Source: Terriglobia bacterium
GTDB taxonomy: Bacteria; Acidobacteriota; Terriglobia; 20CM-2-55-15
Reading direction: 5' to 3'
NCBI GenBank assembly: GCA_963664115.2
Contig: CAXWPJ010000011.1
Location: 1-64,000, forward strand
Length of the DNA stretch: 64,000 nt
Below the pieces are notes generated by a model. That model was not told the DNA's origin, searched no databases, and saw only the letters and a list, made by a program, of their open reading frames with translations. Below are positions 21,120-32,779 of this stretch, piece by piece. Position 1 is the first letter of the stretch, and the number at the start of each line of letters is the position of its first letter. Made by a program: the position numbers and the translations under genes.

Positions 21120-23057
21120 ACCGGGTCGCCAGAGGCGGTCACCCGCCTCCGGCTCCCACAGAACGTAGCGTGCGGATTTCCCGCACTACGCTCTTCAGAA
21201 ACGGATTCACAACACAGCAAGAGACTGGAACTCCCGATACGGAAGCGCCAGCTTGGGCCGCTGCAACGGAAAGCGCGTCTTAATCCGGTTGAATACCTCC
21301 CACCGGACGTAACCAGCGCGACTCCGGCTGCTCAGCATCTTGCGCCAGTAACGCTCCACGACCCGAGCAACGTGCTGGAGGGCCCGGAAGTTTCCGGCGA
21401 TGCCGTAGTAGGCGTAGTGACCACGCAAGACCCGATTCAGATTCTGAACCTGCTCCCGGACCGGCAAGTGACGCATTCGTCTCATCAGATCGCGTAGATG
21501 GGCCAGACTGCGTTGAAGTCGAGACTTCTCAGTGCGCAATCCCACCCGGAAATTGCCTTTGCGATTCTGCGAGCAGTACAGGGTCATGCCCAGAAAGTAG
21601 ATCGTTTCTGGACGTTTTCTCCCGTGCTTGCCCGCATCCCGCTGAGCAAAGCGACCGAATTCAACGAGCTTTGTCTTTGTCGGTTCCAGAACCAGCCCAA
21701 ACTTTCCCAATCGCTTGCGCAGCACGTTCTGAAAACGAAGCGCATCGTCCCAATATTGGAAACACACCACAAAGTCGTCGATGTACCGCACCAGATAGGC
21801 TTCACCTTTCAGGTGTGGCCGGACCATCCGGTCAAACCACAGGTCGAGCACATAGTGCAGGTACAGATTGCTCAGCAGAACGCTGATCGACCCACCCTGT
21901 GGGGTTCCCTCATCGTTGGGATGCAATTCTCCGTCTTCGAACACCCCCGCCTTCAACCATCGTCGAATCAGGCTGATGATCCGCGGATCTCCGACTCGAT
22001 GCTCCACAAAGCGGAGTAGCCATCCATGGTCTAAACTCCCGAAAAAGTTCTTCAGGTCTGCCTCCAACACCCAACTCACCTTGCGCCCAGCAATCACCTC
22101 ATGCAGGGTTGCCAGTGCATAGTGCGCACCCAGCCCAGGCCGACCACCAAAAGAACAAGGCAAGAAGTCCTGTTCGTAGATGGCTGTCAGCACCTCGGCC
22201 ACGCTGCGCTGAAGGGCCCGATCTTGAACACAAGGCACGCCCAGGGGACGTTTCTCCTGTTTGCCGGGCTTGGGGATATACACTCGCCGAATCGGCGGTG
22301 CGCGATATCCCTTCCGGTGTACCGATTCGAGCATCGGCTCCACCCAGTCCCCGAATTCTTCCTTCGCCTCCGGCACTCTCTGGCCATCACATCCGGGAGC
22401 AGAGTTCCGTGGAATCGCACAAAGGCTCTTCCACACCCTCTCTCGGGTGACATGATGCGCCAGCGATGTGAACCGGAGCTTGGGTTCACTCCGAGCTTTC
22501 GCTGCTATTTGTTCCAGTTTCGTTTCCATGACTGGCAGTTCCTCTCGTTGTATAGAGGGCCGAATCCTCCCATTGAATGGAGCCCCTGTTTCCCTTGAAC
22601 AATTCCTCTTCCGCTGACCGCTTCCCCATGTGATCGGTTCTCCCGACCTCGGAGTACTATCAGTCAGTCTGACTTCCGCCAGGCCTTCGGGTTGTCCTCA
22701 CGTTGTGGGCTTGTCCAACCCTACAAGCTCCGCTTGAGCCTGACGGATCTCCCTTGTTCCCATGAAATCTCTCAGTTATATGCCGGCGGTACGAACCCCG
22801 GAAGCACCCCAGAACGCTTGCCATTGCACGCCCTGCGATTCCGCCTTCCCCATAGAGAGACAAGGTCGGCTACTTCAACCACGATCGATTTCGGGGCTAT
22901 CTTTCCGTTCACTTGCGTTCCGGCCTACTCCCTCCCTGTCTACGCTTCGCAGTGACCGTTACCGGCCCCCACGCAAGACTCGGTTCGTGGCTGCGGGCTA
23001 AGCTTTGCCACGGGCGCCATTTCAGGCGACTAGACTTCATGCGCTTTCAAGGCGCAA
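21120..23057 (-). mobile_element. Inner RT-encoding group II intron
   Basis: Starts TTGCG; D5 GAGCGTAGTGCGGGAAATCCGCACGCTACGTTC and D6 follow the ORF. Confidence 0.88.
21207..22529 (-). CDS. ltrA: Group II intron reverse transcriptase/maturase without an endonuclease domain
   Basis: RPLGVP, GTPQGG, RYIDDF, domain X (LRGHYAYY). Confidence 0.93.
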   Translation of the reverse strand: METKLEQIAAKARSEPKLRFTSLAHHVTRERVWKSLCAIPRNSAPGCDGQRVPEAKEEFGDWVEPMLESVHRKGYRAPPIRRVYIPKPGKQEKRPLGVPCVQDRALQRSVAEVLTAIYEQDFLPCSFGGRPGLGAHYALATLHEVIAGRKVSWVLEADLKNFFGSLDHGWLLRFVEHRVGDPRIISLIRRWLKAGVFEDGELHPNDEGTPQGGSISVLLSNLYLHYVLDLWFDRMVRPHLKGEAYLVRYIDDFVVCFQYWDDALRFQNVLRKRLGKFGLVLEPTKTKLVEFGRFAQRDAGKHGRKRPETIYFLGMTLYCSQNRKGNFRVGLRTEKSRLQRSLAHLRDLMRRMRHLPVREQVQNLNRVLRGHYAYYGIAGNFRALQHVARVVERYWRKMLSSRSRAGYVRWEVFNRIKTRFPLQRPKLALPYREFQSLAVL

Positions 23058-23516
23058 CCCCGCGCAGATCCGTACGTGCGGATACTGCATACGGCTCCTA
23101 CTTCGGATGAATAGCGGTACACACGACGTACCGCACACCGCACAACCCCTGCGTCACGAAGAGCCCGCTCTGAGTCGGGATCGTGGGGAATTCGAACGAT
23201 GTTCTCCTCGGTCCGCGGCCTTCCCTCCCCCTCCTCCGCCGAGTACGGGGCCTCTTTGTTCGGCCGGTTAAAAGGTACAACGACGCGGTCAGACTTCTCC
23301 CGGGCGTACACGTCCGTCGTGCGGACTTGGCCTTCACGGACCGGTCTGGATCGTGCGACCCAGACACCCAGGAGATCTCCCGGATCTCGCGCATGTTGTT
23401 TCTCAGCGTGCGCGTCGTGTTGCCTTCCCCTTATCACGAGAGAGTCGGCATCCTTAGCACGGGTCTTAGACTACCGAGGACCGACAGACCATTTGCGATT
23501 TAACGCAGCCTATGGA

Positions 23517-23918
23517 CTACTTGACAAAGATCTCCATGATGTCCACCGGGGACGCAAGGATGTTACGGAAGCCGTGTAGCGTGCCTGCGTTCATATAGTA
23601 CGGCTGCCAGGGTGGCACCTCTACGGACTGGCCGCCTTCGAGGTCCAGCGTCATCGGGCCCGTAATCGGTACGAAAAGGTGGAATTTTACGTCATCGTGG
23701 GAGTGAATCACCCGCGCCCCACCAGACTCTACTCTAACCCGGAGCGCACGAACTTCCGGTTGATCACGTAGCACTGCATTGCTCACGCCTACGTTCCCGG
23801 TACCGGTGAGCGGCAGGAGCGGAATCGTGCGGTTGCCCGTCACGACTGTGGTTTGTGCCGCCAGGGCGACCAGGGAAAGCGACACGAGGCCGATCAAGAG
23901 AACGGTGAATCGTCGCAT
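23517..23918 (-). CDS. Secreted cupin-domain protein
   Basis: HSH and GTLHGFRN cupin motifs; signal peptide. Confidence 0.75.
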   Translation of the reverse strand: MRRFTVLLIGLVSLSLVALAAQTTVVTGNRTIPLLPLTGTGNVGVSNAVLRDQPEVRALRVRVESGGARVIHSHDDVKFHLFVPITGPMTLDLEGGQSVEVPPWQPYYMNAGTLHGFRNILASPVDIMEIFVK

Positions 23919-24228
23919 GGAGTCCTCCATAAAGTAAGTTGCTGACTCACTGCAGGGAATTATATTGAGCAACGCGGATTGATACTTACAGCGTTAACCC
24001 GTCACCCTCGTAATATAAACGAGCGGAGAGCCAATACGAGGCATTTCCGATTAGTTTACACTCGCGTGAGGACCAAGGAACGCTTGTGCTTCTACCGGTA
24101 CCTAATTAAGACTGAGCACCACGAACTCGGCTGGTGTAGCCCGTCACAGCATTTCGTACAGAAACCACTAAACAACTAGGAGGCACTTTTCTAATCTGAA
24201 TGATCTCCAGGAGGACCGAAAGCCACAA

Positions 24229-24322
24229 GTCCTGAACTGGTTTGATGAACTGAAGGAACGGGTGCCGGTCCCCTGATTTTCGAGGTCAAGTCCTGAGAAA
24301 TTACCTTCTCGGACATTGAGAA
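24229..24322. repeat. Kinase tail (24229-24276) plus palindromic repeat (24283-24322)
   Basis: gtcctgaactggtttgatgaactg...ccctga then ggtcaagtcctgagaaattaccttctcggacattgagaa. Confidence 0.88.
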
Positions 24323-24826
24323 TGGAATCCACCACTTTCCGGTGAGCCGACTGTAGGTCAACCGGATGTCCTAGAAGGCTGCCTTTCGGTCGCTGAGGAC
24401 GGCAGGATCATCAGGGGACCGCTTTTCATCGCCTTCCGGGGAGTCTTGTGTTCTCGTGCCGGAGACTTGCATGATTATTCGACTCAAGGTGACAGGGCAG
24501 AATCTATCTGCTAAATCCGAGGCTCGCGGGCGACCTACGTTTCGAAAGTGCGAAAATCTGGACCGGGCAACCTGCGCGATTCTTCGTCTTGATTCCGGCA
24601 TTCTGCTCCCTGCAACATAACAGCCTAACTACGGCAGCTCCGAAGTGGGTGTTGCCACCCCCTGCTACGCGAACCCCGCTTGTATTACTTATTGGCACCC
24701 CTCGGTAGCGGAGGGTCAGTGATTCCGATGGAAAAGAAGGGGGCCTGACGTCGTTGACCCGTCGGACACATGAGGTAAGATAAAAGCGCACCGAACACCT
24801 ACTAAACTGATTACTGTGAGGCTCGC

Positions 24827-25924
24827 ATGACGTCGAGGATACAACTTGTATTTCTACTTTGCCTTGTTCTGATGCTGCCGACATCAGTGATTGCCCAGAT
24901 TGAGCGGGATGATCCCCGAGACCCGAGCAGGGACGAGGACCGATCGTCGATCAGGGACTCGACACCAGCTGGGATTCGAGGCCATATCGTTTCGGACACC
25001 CCGGGTCGACTCGTTCACCCCATTCCGGTTCGCCTGGAAAGCTACGGGGCGATCTTGGAGACAGTGTTCACCGACGGCGCCGGGAACTTCACGTTCGACA
25101 ACGTCCAAGGCGGAAATGTTTTCAATATCTTGATCGACGAAGCTGGATTTAAGCTTGTTCGGGAGCGGGTAGACTTCGGGGTGTACTCATCGATCCCAGG
25201 TGGCCTGCCTATCGTAATCTTGATGGAAGGTACAGAGGTCGCAGGCGATTCGATTGGCGATCCTGACGCTGTTGACTTGAACCAACTTACCTCGGACGTT
25301 CCTGAAGAGGCGGTCGAGGCATTCCAGAAGGCAGCGGACGAGTCCCGGGATGGCGATTATGAAAGAGTGGTCGAGTACCTGGAAGAGGCCGTAGAAATCG
25401 CGCCCGATTTTTACGAAGCGCAAAACGCATTGGGAGTCGAATACGAGAGATTGGAACGCCTGGATGAGGCGATCGGCCGTTTTGAAATCGCGATGGAACT
25501 GAACCCGAATGCTCCGGAGCCGGTCCTCAGTCTGGGCATTTTGTACCTTCAAGGCACCGATCGCCAGCTCGCCGAAAGCAAACCTGAAGAGGCTCAGGCA
25601 AGTTTTGAAAAATCCTTCGGGTACCTGGAAGAAGCCGTTGAACGGGACGCGACGTCCGCGATCGCACAGTATTATTTCGGTGTTGCCCTCTTCAAAACGG
25701 GACAGAACGAGCAAGCTCTGAACCGGCTCAATCGCGCGCTGGCACTCAACGAACAGTTGTATTCCGTACGGCTGATGTTGGCCAACGTCTATTTAGCCGA
25801 GCGCGATAGTGAGGCAGCGCTGGATCAACTCGAGACCTACATTTCGGAATACCCGGACAGCCCGCAACGCGAACCCGTCGAGCGGATGAAGGCAGAGCTT
25901 GAACAGCAGTTGTCCCAGCCCTGA
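24827..25924 (+). CDS. Secreted carboxypeptidase-regulatory-like domain plus TPR protein
   Basis: TDGAGNFTF beta domain followed by several TPR motifs. Confidence 0.85.
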   Translation: MTSRIQLVFLLCLVLMLPTSVIAQIERDDPRDPSRDEDRSSIRDSTPAGIRGHIVSDTPGRLVHPIPVRLESYGAILETVFTDGAGNFTFDNVQGGNVFNILIDEAGFKLVRERVDFGVYSSIPGGLPIVILMEGTEVAGDSIGDPDAVDLNQLTSDVPEEAVEAFQKAADESRDGDYERVVEYLEEAVEIAPDFYEAQNALGVEYERLERLDEAIGRFEIAMELNPNAPEPVLSLGILYLQGTDRQLAESKPEEAQASFEKSFGYLEEAVERDATSAIAQYYFGVALFKTGQNEQALNRLNRALALNEQLYSVRLMLANVYLAERDSEAALDQLETYISEYPDSPQREPVERMKAELEQQLSQP

Positions 25925-26049
25925 CAGTCTGGTTGTACTGACGGCAAGGGGAGCGTACTATCTCCCGGATAGATGTCTGGAATCTTCAATTTCGAACAAC
26001 ATGCGCGGTCTCCCCGCTGGGAAAAGGGAGCTCGCAGAAGGAGAGTCAA

Positions 26050-26502
26050 ATGTCCTGGAAAACTCTGGGAGTCGTGGTCGTAACGCTCGCGTTTTGCCCC
26101 AGCCTGATGGCCCAAAGCGAAGCGTTCCTCGGGATCTGGGAGATCAATCTTGAAAAGACCACCAACTATTTCCAACAAAGCCAAATGATGATTAACGTAC
26201 CGGCGCCAGGAGGCGGATTCATCAGCACACGCGCTCAAATCCGCCAGAACAATGAGTCGTCGAGCACCGAAATTCACCCGGTCGGTTTTGATGGACAGAC
26301 TTACGCGACCACAGGAGGCGATGTGCGGGAAATTTCCTACAAACTGATTGATTCGCGCACGATTGAAAGAACCCACTATCGAGACGGAAGAATCTCTGTC
26401 GATACGGAACAGGTCTCCGAGGACGGCTTGACGATGACGGTTACGCAGGCGGACCGGGTCCGAATCTACGATAAGAAATTCAATCTCATAGCGCCAGAGT
26501 AA
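26050..26502 (+). CDS. Secreted hypothetical beta-barrel-like protein
   Basis: GGAG ribosome site; signal peptide; FLGIW motif. Confidence 0.7.
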   Translation: MSWKTLGVVVVTLAFCPSLMAQSEAFLGIWEINLEKTTNYFQQSQMMINVPAPGGGFISTRAQIRQNNESSSTEIHPVGFDGQTYATTGGDVREISYKLIDSRTIERTHYRDGRISVDTEQVSEDGLTMTVTQADRVRIYDKKFNLIAPE

Positions 26503-26563
26503 TGCTCTGGGTGTGAGGGGCAGTACAGTATGAAATGCTCACTGGCCCGTCTACCGCATCCTT

Positions 26564-27481
26564 CTATGTTCGCTTCAAGATAGGAAACAGCCTTTGCAGC
26601 CCCAACGGTACTAATAAGAGCTTTAGATAGTTAGTCTCGTCAGTCAATCCGCCGGGATGCCCTATTCGTTCTGGTTGTTCGGGTTGACCATCCTTTTGGG
26701 GCAAATGGAAAGTTCCGAATATCAGATCCCAGACGACGAATCCCACGCCGTAATTGACTGAATATTTGTGCCCGGAGGGAACTATGGCAGAGTGATGCCA
26801 TCGATGGACCTCCGGCGTCACAAATATGTAGTTAAAGACCCCTCCCTTTACATCGCCGCCACAATGAGAAAAGGCTGCGGTTACTCTGATCGCACTGACC
26901 CCGATGAGAATTGCGAATGGATTAAAGCCGATGAGGCCCAGGAGAGTAAACACCAGAACATTTCGAAGGGCGTAATCGATGGGGTGCGAAACTAATAAAT
27001 TCGAGGCTTTCAGATCCGTTACGCCGTGGTGATAGGAGTGAAGCTCCCATAGAAACGGGACTTTGTGTTGCAGTCGATGCATCCAGTAACGAAAAAAACT
27101 GACCAACAACATAGTCACAGGAACCTGTAACCAGAACGGCCCGAGTTGCTCCGAGAAAGCAAAGAACAAATTGCGGCCGAAAAAGAACTCTGGGAAGAAC
27201 GCCAGCACAGGTAAGAAGATCAACCCGGCCACGGCACCGGTGACATAAAGATTCACCAGCGTGGAGGAAATATCCCTGACCAGAACAGACCGCTGAGAAA
27301 CTGCGTATCTATATTTATAGAGTCGTTCCAAAATGATCATCGTGCCGATGATTGCCAAGGTAAACCATTTCGTTTGGCTCAGTGCGTTACCGTCCGTTAG
27401 AACGCGAATCGCGTAAAAAAGCACAAACAACGCAGGCAGAATCAACACACTACTGAGATAGGCGATGTTCCTAGCTGGCAT
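26564..27481 (-). CDS. Sterol desaturase / fatty acid hydroxylase family
   Basis: His boxes HRLQH, HSYHH, HRWHH. Confidence 0.9.
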   Translation of the reverse strand: MPARNIAYLSSVLILPALFVLFYAIRVLTDGNALSQTKWFTLAIIGTMIILERLYKYRYAVSQRSVLVRDISSTLVNLYVTGAVAGLIFLPVLAFFPEFFFGRNLFFAFSEQLGPFWLQVPVTMLLVSFFRYWMHRLQHKVPFLWELHSYHHGVTDLKASNLLVSHPIDYALRNVLVFTLLGLIGFNPFAILIGVSAIRVTAAFSHCGGDVKGGVFNYIFVTPEVHRWHHSAIVPSGHKYSVNYGVGFVVWDLIFGTFHLPQKDGQPEQPERIGHPGGLTDETNYLKLLLVPLGLQRLFPILKRT

Positions 27482-27607
27482 GGGTGAGCTCCTCCCAAGG
27501 CATCGAGGCGATCGAACTCAGGGTAAGCCCTTTTACTCAAAAAATCCCTAAGAATCATCATCACTGGCCCGGTTAAGAATACGACCGACGAGACTCCGTC
27601 ACACACG

Positions 27608-27664
27608 ATCAACATCGTCCTGAAGTGGTATGAAGAACTGAAGGAAAGCGTGCCGGTCCGGTGA
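27608..27664 (+). repeat. Orphan kinase tail, followed by a degenerate repeat arm (ttttcaagtc)
   Basis: atcaacatcgtcctgaagtggtatgaagaactgaaggaa...gtga. Confidence 0.75.
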
Positions 27665-27784
27665 AGGTCGTTTTCAAGTCGCGTGAAACCGTGCCAGCCG
27701 CGCCCATTACAGGCGGGATAGATACGGCGCTGGAGGATATTGTTTGTGGAGGGTGGGGTTCGAGAAGTTACGGTTCGATCGAAC

Positions 27785-28798
27785 TCAATTTTCACCTGTC
27801 TCTGCGGCTTTCCGTTCTTCTGCTCGGGCTCCCCCCAATATGCCTGACATCGCGTAGTTGCCCTCATGGCACGCGAACTCAAACAGCGGATTTTCGGCCG
27901 TCGTCATGGGAACCACTGCCGTCCAGGGTCTCGTCCAGGTTGTCGGATCTTCAGCCGTGAATTCGTAGAGGAGTCTATCGGCGTCTACGCGCGTGAAGCG
28001 TTCGACCAGGCGCAAGTTTGTGCTGGATCCTCTGAAATTCCTCTCGGGCCGGAAATCGGACGATTCAACGACCAGCGTCTCGCCCTCCCAGTAACCACGC
28101 GATGCCCCCGCCCACTGACGGATACCCTGTGGAAGGTGTGGGCGCCCATCCAGCCGGACGATGCGGGCGTTATGGATCATCTCGTTGACAATCACGACGT
28201 ATTCAGGATTCTGCAAAATCTGGACATTGTTGTTGTAGGCACCCGGAACCATCGGCGGTCCGCCGTTGTTCGCCATGAGGCAACGTACCTGTGGGTTGAT
28301 GTCCAACCAGGAATCAGCGGGATGCTCACTCTGGTACGCCCGTCTCGCCTCTTCCCGCCGCTCGGCCTCCGCTGTCAAGGGAGGGATTTTCCCGTCCGGT
28401 GGATCCACGATCAACGACGTGCGCCTGTCCTCTGTAAGCTGGTTTCCCCGATCGTACCAAAACTCGTTGTAGGCAACGACACCACCCTCTGACTCCGGTG
28501 GATAGCCAGCACCGCCCACCTTGGGATCGACGAGATCCCTGTTCAGCCGCCGATTCTCCGCCTCCTCAAAGGCCGCCGCTTCTTCGGGGGACAGCACCGG
28601 CCTCCCCTCCAGCGCACTGGGACGCTCCAAGGGGGTGATCGTGCTGAATGTCCAAATGCCCTGCAGGTCTGGCTGGCCGTCGGGCGTCCGGAGCGGCGCT
28701 TGCTCGATCGCCTGTCCCACCGCGGAGTCCGCAGTCAGGCAGAGGATCGCAATCACAGTGGCGAAACAAAAGGTCCAAGCGAGATGTAGATCCCTCAT
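27785..28798 (-). CDS. Secreted hypothetical protein (PDLQGIW...FEFACHEGN family)
   Basis: Signal peptide; C-terminus resembles that of 2805-3848. Confidence 0.75.
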   Translation of the reverse strand: MRDLHLAWTFCFATVIAILCLTADSAVGQAIEQAPLRTPDGQPDLQGIWTFSTITPLERPSALEGRPVLSPEEAAAFEEAENRRLNRDLVDPKVGGAGYPPESEGGVVAYNEFWYDRGNQLTEDRRTSLIVDPPDGKIPPLTAEAERREEARRAYQSEHPADSWLDINPQVRCLMANNGGPPMVPGAYNNNVQILQNPEYVVIVNEMIHNARIVRLDGRPHLPQGIRQWAGASRGYWEGETLVVESSDFRPERNFRGSSTNLRLVERFTRVDADRLLYEFTAEDPTTWTRPWTAVVPMTTAENPLFEFACHEGNYAMSGILGGARAEERKAAETGEN

Positions 28799-28968
28799 AG
28801 GAAAATCTCCTGTGTGGTGCTCGTTACGTGCGCGAGTTCTTCGGAGCGAATCTATAACTGTTGTGGACCGATTTCAAGGAGTTTTGACCCAGCCCCCGCA
28901 GGGTGTTTAAACAGCCGAAGGTGTTGGTACCCTGTAAATCGGCAATTCTCAACGTCCGACAAGATGAT

Positions 28969-30509
28969 CTATGAAAGGGGATGTCAAGAGAAACAGCTCC
29001 CCGATGGCCGGCCAGACGGACACTTTTGTCGTGACAGCCAGCCCCTCTACCGTTATGTGAAGCCCTGGTTCCGGCAATCCGCAGCGAAATCGTACATCTT
29101 TAAGACGGTCGATTCAGAAACTGAACAGCATATGGGACGGCATGTGCCGACCATGGATCTATCTGAGCCTCGAAGGCTATCGCTGTTTCAGGTCGTGCGA
29201 GGGGGGATAGAGATTTAAAAGTGTCCTCTGGACGTATCCAGGGACCACATCTTGTGCAGATCCTCACCCTCGATCCTCAGTTGTTCCGACTCCGTCTAAC
29301 GACTCAGTACGGCTCTACCGGTCACGGATCGAAACGGCTTATGTTGTCATCCAGCTCAGTTTCTTTGGATCGAACGATTCTCCTTTCTTCCAAAGCGTCA
29401 GCACCAGTGCGGCGATCTTACGGGCCAGAGTGACCCGCGCCATTTCCTCCCGCATCCCACGCATCTGGAGACTCTCCAGATAAATCCGATACGGCTCGCT
29501 TTGTTTTCCCGATGCCGCGGCTGAGAAGAACACCGACTTCAATCGCCGGTTGCAGTTCGCATTCAATCCGCGTGTGGCCACCGGTTTCCTCCGTCGCACC
29601 ACACGTCCACTCTGCATCTCATACTCCGCGCTCATGTGGGTCACCACACCCAGGCCACTGTAGCTCCAGAACTGCGGTGTCGTGCGGAATCGGTACGGCG
29701 TGTCCACGATGGCGACGATCTGTGCCGCCCGAACCGGTCCCAGTTGTGGAATGGTCTCGAGCAGTTTCACCGCCTCATGGTGCCGGCCCTCCACTCGCAC
29801 CGCTTTTCTGGATTGTTTCCGCAGCAACTGGACCTGGTCCAGTTCCGCATACAACCATCGGGCGCGCTGCCTCATCCCCGGCTCGGTCAGCTTCTCCAAC
29901 CACTGTTCGCGCTGACTCGGCCGATAGACTCCGTCCTTCGGTGTCGGGATCCCCCGTCCCCGGTATATCGCTTTGATCCGCGACATCACCCGTTGCGTGT
30001 CCAACTGGAACGTGTCATAGGCCTGCACCAGTTGCTTCAATTCTCGCGTCGCTTCATGGCCGTGATACACCGAGCGCAACAGTCCCACCCGCAACAGCTC
30101 GGCCAGCTTCCGCGCATCCGGCTTATCCCCCTTCGACCCTTCTTGCATCCACTTGTTCTGTCGCGGATCGCACACCACCACCTCGCTCACCCACGGCCGG
30201 ATCACTTCCGATAACCAGCCCGCTTGCGTGGTCTCCTCCAACCCCACGTGCATCGGCCCACTCAATCCCTCCAGCAGCCGTGTGATACTCCCCGCCTCGG
30301 TTTCCACGATCGTTTCAAACACCAGTTTGCCGCTCCCGTCTCTCACCGCAACCACCGTCGTTGCCTGGTGCACATCCATACCCATATACTTGTCTTGTTT
30401 CATCTCGAACGCTCCTTTTCTGGGATCAACGCTGTATACGTTGATCAGGTTGTTGAGTGAGTCTTCTCTCAACAACCCCCAGTCTAGGGGCGTCCTTTCA
30501 TACTGCGAT
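28969..30509 (-). mobile_element. IS1111-A copy 2 (transposase 29339-30403), in a repeat split into 28946-28968 and 30510-30526
   Basis: Same ends, core and insertion position as copy 1. Confidence 0.93.
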
Positions 30510-30532
30510 TTATCAGGACTTGACCTCGTAAA

Positions 30533-30900
30533 TCAGGGCACCGGCACCCGTTCCTTCAGTTCTTCAAACCAATTCAGAACGACGTTGATCCTCGGAGTAT
30601 CACCATCCAAACTTGCTCCTTCTATCGGGTCGACAAACAAGAATCGCTCTCCGTCGGGAGTCCGAGTCAAGTCGTAGGGCAGGAATATCGCGGGTTCGAT
30701 GCCTACTCCCAATCCCGCCACGGAAACAGTTGGGCCTGCTCTCCACGGCTAAACCCGGAACTCGTCTGGACTGAAACCGCATCAATGAAGAAACCCTGAA
30801 CATACAAGAAGTATATTTCGTCCTGTTCAACGGACCAGATCGGCGCGAAACCTAAATCATCCGACACGGACCTGAGCGTATCGCCGGTCAAGGGATACTC
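30533..30900 (-). pseudogene. Decayed C-terminus of a Ser/Thr kinase with TolB-like repeats
   Basis: GFAPIWS..EIYF and YDL..DGERFLFV...INVVLNWFEELKERVPVP, frameshifted. Confidence 0.65.
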
Positions 30901-31001
30901 GGCGCACAAATATCTATCGGCACACGGACAAATATTCTTGACGACAGCCATCCGTGCCGTCATTCTCGGGGCTCAGAAAACCATTCACCACAGAGGACAC
31001 A

Positions 31002-32156
31002 ATGCGAAAGACTATTCTCGCTGTACTGCTCGTCGTGCTCGCGGGTCCGGCCGGGCTCGGTGCCCAGGCCCTGGAATCCGCCGAGCCCTTCAAGGTCGGA
31101 ACGTTCCAGATCGACGGAACGGTAACCGTAGCCCTCGTGCTGCGGGATGCCCTGATCGTCGACATCCGCGCGGCGAACACCGAACTGGAGCTGGATTCCA
31201 CCTACCCCCGCCTCGCCATGCCGGCCGACATGCTCGAGCTAATCGGCCAGTACGAGTACGGCCTCAAGTACCGGCTCTACGAGATCGTCAACGACCTCGT
31301 CGCCGGGAACCGGCTCTCGGCAGGCGCGCGGGCGGACTACGTCCACGGCGTCGAAGACGTCAAGATCCTTCCGCCGGTCATGTATCCCAGCAAGGTCATG
31401 AATGCGGCAGTCAACTTTTACACGCACGCGTGTGAGGGCTGCAGCGAGGATGAACTGCAGGCGCAGACTCTGGAGCGGCAGCAGAACCGGGGCGTACCCT
31501 ATCTGTTCCTCAAGCCCACGCGCGGCACGGTCATCGGCAGCGGCGATGACATCGTGATGCCCTACGGCCGTGACGAGATCGAATGGGAAGTCGAAATGGC
31601 TATCGTATTCGGACGCGCGGGCAAGTACATCTCCGCGAGCCGTGCATACGACCACGTGTTCGGCTACATGGTTGCCATGGATATATCCGATCGTGGCGGG
31701 CGTCCTCCGGGCGGGGTGACTTTCGGCAGTGACTGGTTCGTCGGTAAGGGCCATGACACGTTCGCGCCCCACGGGCCGTGGATCGTTCCAAAAGAGTTTT
31801 ACGGCGATCCGATGGAGCGCCTGCACCAGAGCCTGGTCATTGACGGCGTGACCGTCCAAGATGCTAGGGCAGGAGACATGATCCACAACATCCCCGAGCT
31901 GATCGAGTACGCGTCGTCCCTCATGACTGTATTCCCTGGCGACGTTCTGCAAAGCGGAACGTCGGGCGGAACCGGCGCCGGTCGCGTCGAGCGCGCGACA
32001 GGCTCGGGGTTCCTGCAGGCGGGCGAGACGATCAGCGCCAGCATCGAAGGAATCGGCACGCTGACCCACAGGGTCGTCGCCGAGGAGAGCGTACCGGCCG
32101 ACCTGTCCGGCGCGCAGCTTCCGCCGGTCGAGTCGTATCGCGGACGGGGTCGCTGA
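31002..32156 (+). CDS. Secreted fumarylacetoacetate hydrolase family protein
   Basis: LFLKP, EWEVE, DISDR, GKGHDTFAPHGP, GDVLQSGT. Confidence 0.9.
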   Translation: MRKTILAVLLVVLAGPAGLGAQALESAEPFKVGTFQIDGTVTVALVLRDALIVDIRAANTELELDSTYPRLAMPADMLELIGQYEYGLKYRLYEIVNDLVAGNRLSAGARADYVHGVEDVKILPPVMYPSKVMNAAVNFYTHACEGCSEDELQAQTLERQQNRGVPYLFLKPTRGTVIGSGDDIVMPYGRDEIEWEVEMAIVFGRAGKYISASRAYDHVFGYMVAMDISDRGGRPPGGVTFGSDWFVGKGHDTFAPHGPWIVPKEFYGDPMERLHQSLVIDGVTVQDARAGDMIHNIPELIEYASSLMTVFPGDVLQSGTSGGTGAGRVERATGSGFLQAGETISASIEGIGTLTHRVVAEESVPADLSGAQLPPVESYRGRGR

Positions 32157-32498
32157 CAGGGCGATCGGCCCGGCAGCCGACCGTAAAGACCACCAGGTGC
32201 GGACAGACACGCCGCCCGGTTGACCCGGGCAGTGTTGTCAAATGCACTCAAACTGCAATCAGGGACATGTGGGCTCAGCATTCTTCCTGAATGCCGCTGA
32301 CAGATCCAATGTTCTGGATTGCCGTAGAGACCTACGTGATGCCCAAACACCAGGCGAATTTTCGCGACTAATCTGCCATGAACTGGTTCCGGGCACCTTT
32401 CCGGTTAGGGGACCATACAGGACTTGGAATCAATACCGCCCTATCCAGGAAGCATCGTGTGGAATTGCTGGGGTTGAAGAGCCTGTCTTTAGCGACCG

Positions 32499-32555
32499 CT
32501 ACGGAACCGGGACCCGTTCCTTCAGTTCTTCAAACCAGTTGAGGACGATGTTGAT
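32499..32555 (-). repeat. Orphan kinase tail
   Basis: Reverse complement encodes INIVLNWFEELKERVPVP*. Confidence 0.82.
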
Positions 32556-32779
32556 TCTTGGGCGCAAGGTTTCTTCCAAGTCGGCACGCTACTCGGGAGT
32601 TGGCACGACGATTCAGTAAACATTACGGCGTGAGTCATAGGCTCGATGTCTTGATCGTCGATTACTCCACAATGAATCGCTTGCAGTTGCCGGACTAACG
32701 GGCGAGACTAAAAACACACGAGCGTCGGCAGACAACCTGGCGTTCTCGCCTGCTTAACAAATCATCGGAGGAAAGTATC

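Larger units (their letters stand above)
21089..23510 (-). mobile_element. Outer ORF-less group II intron, interrupted between D5 and D6; 5' end unresolved
   Basis: D5 GAGCCGTATGC...GCACGTACGGATC at about 23058-23097; D6 ...CCCTACCGCGAT at 21089-21119; D2/D3-like motifs at 23220-23390. Confidence 0.75.

Noticed and set aside
21207-22529. DGR, retron or CRISPR-associated reverse transcriptase
   Set aside because: Domain X and flanking D5/D6 identify a group II intron; no template/variable repeat pair is seen
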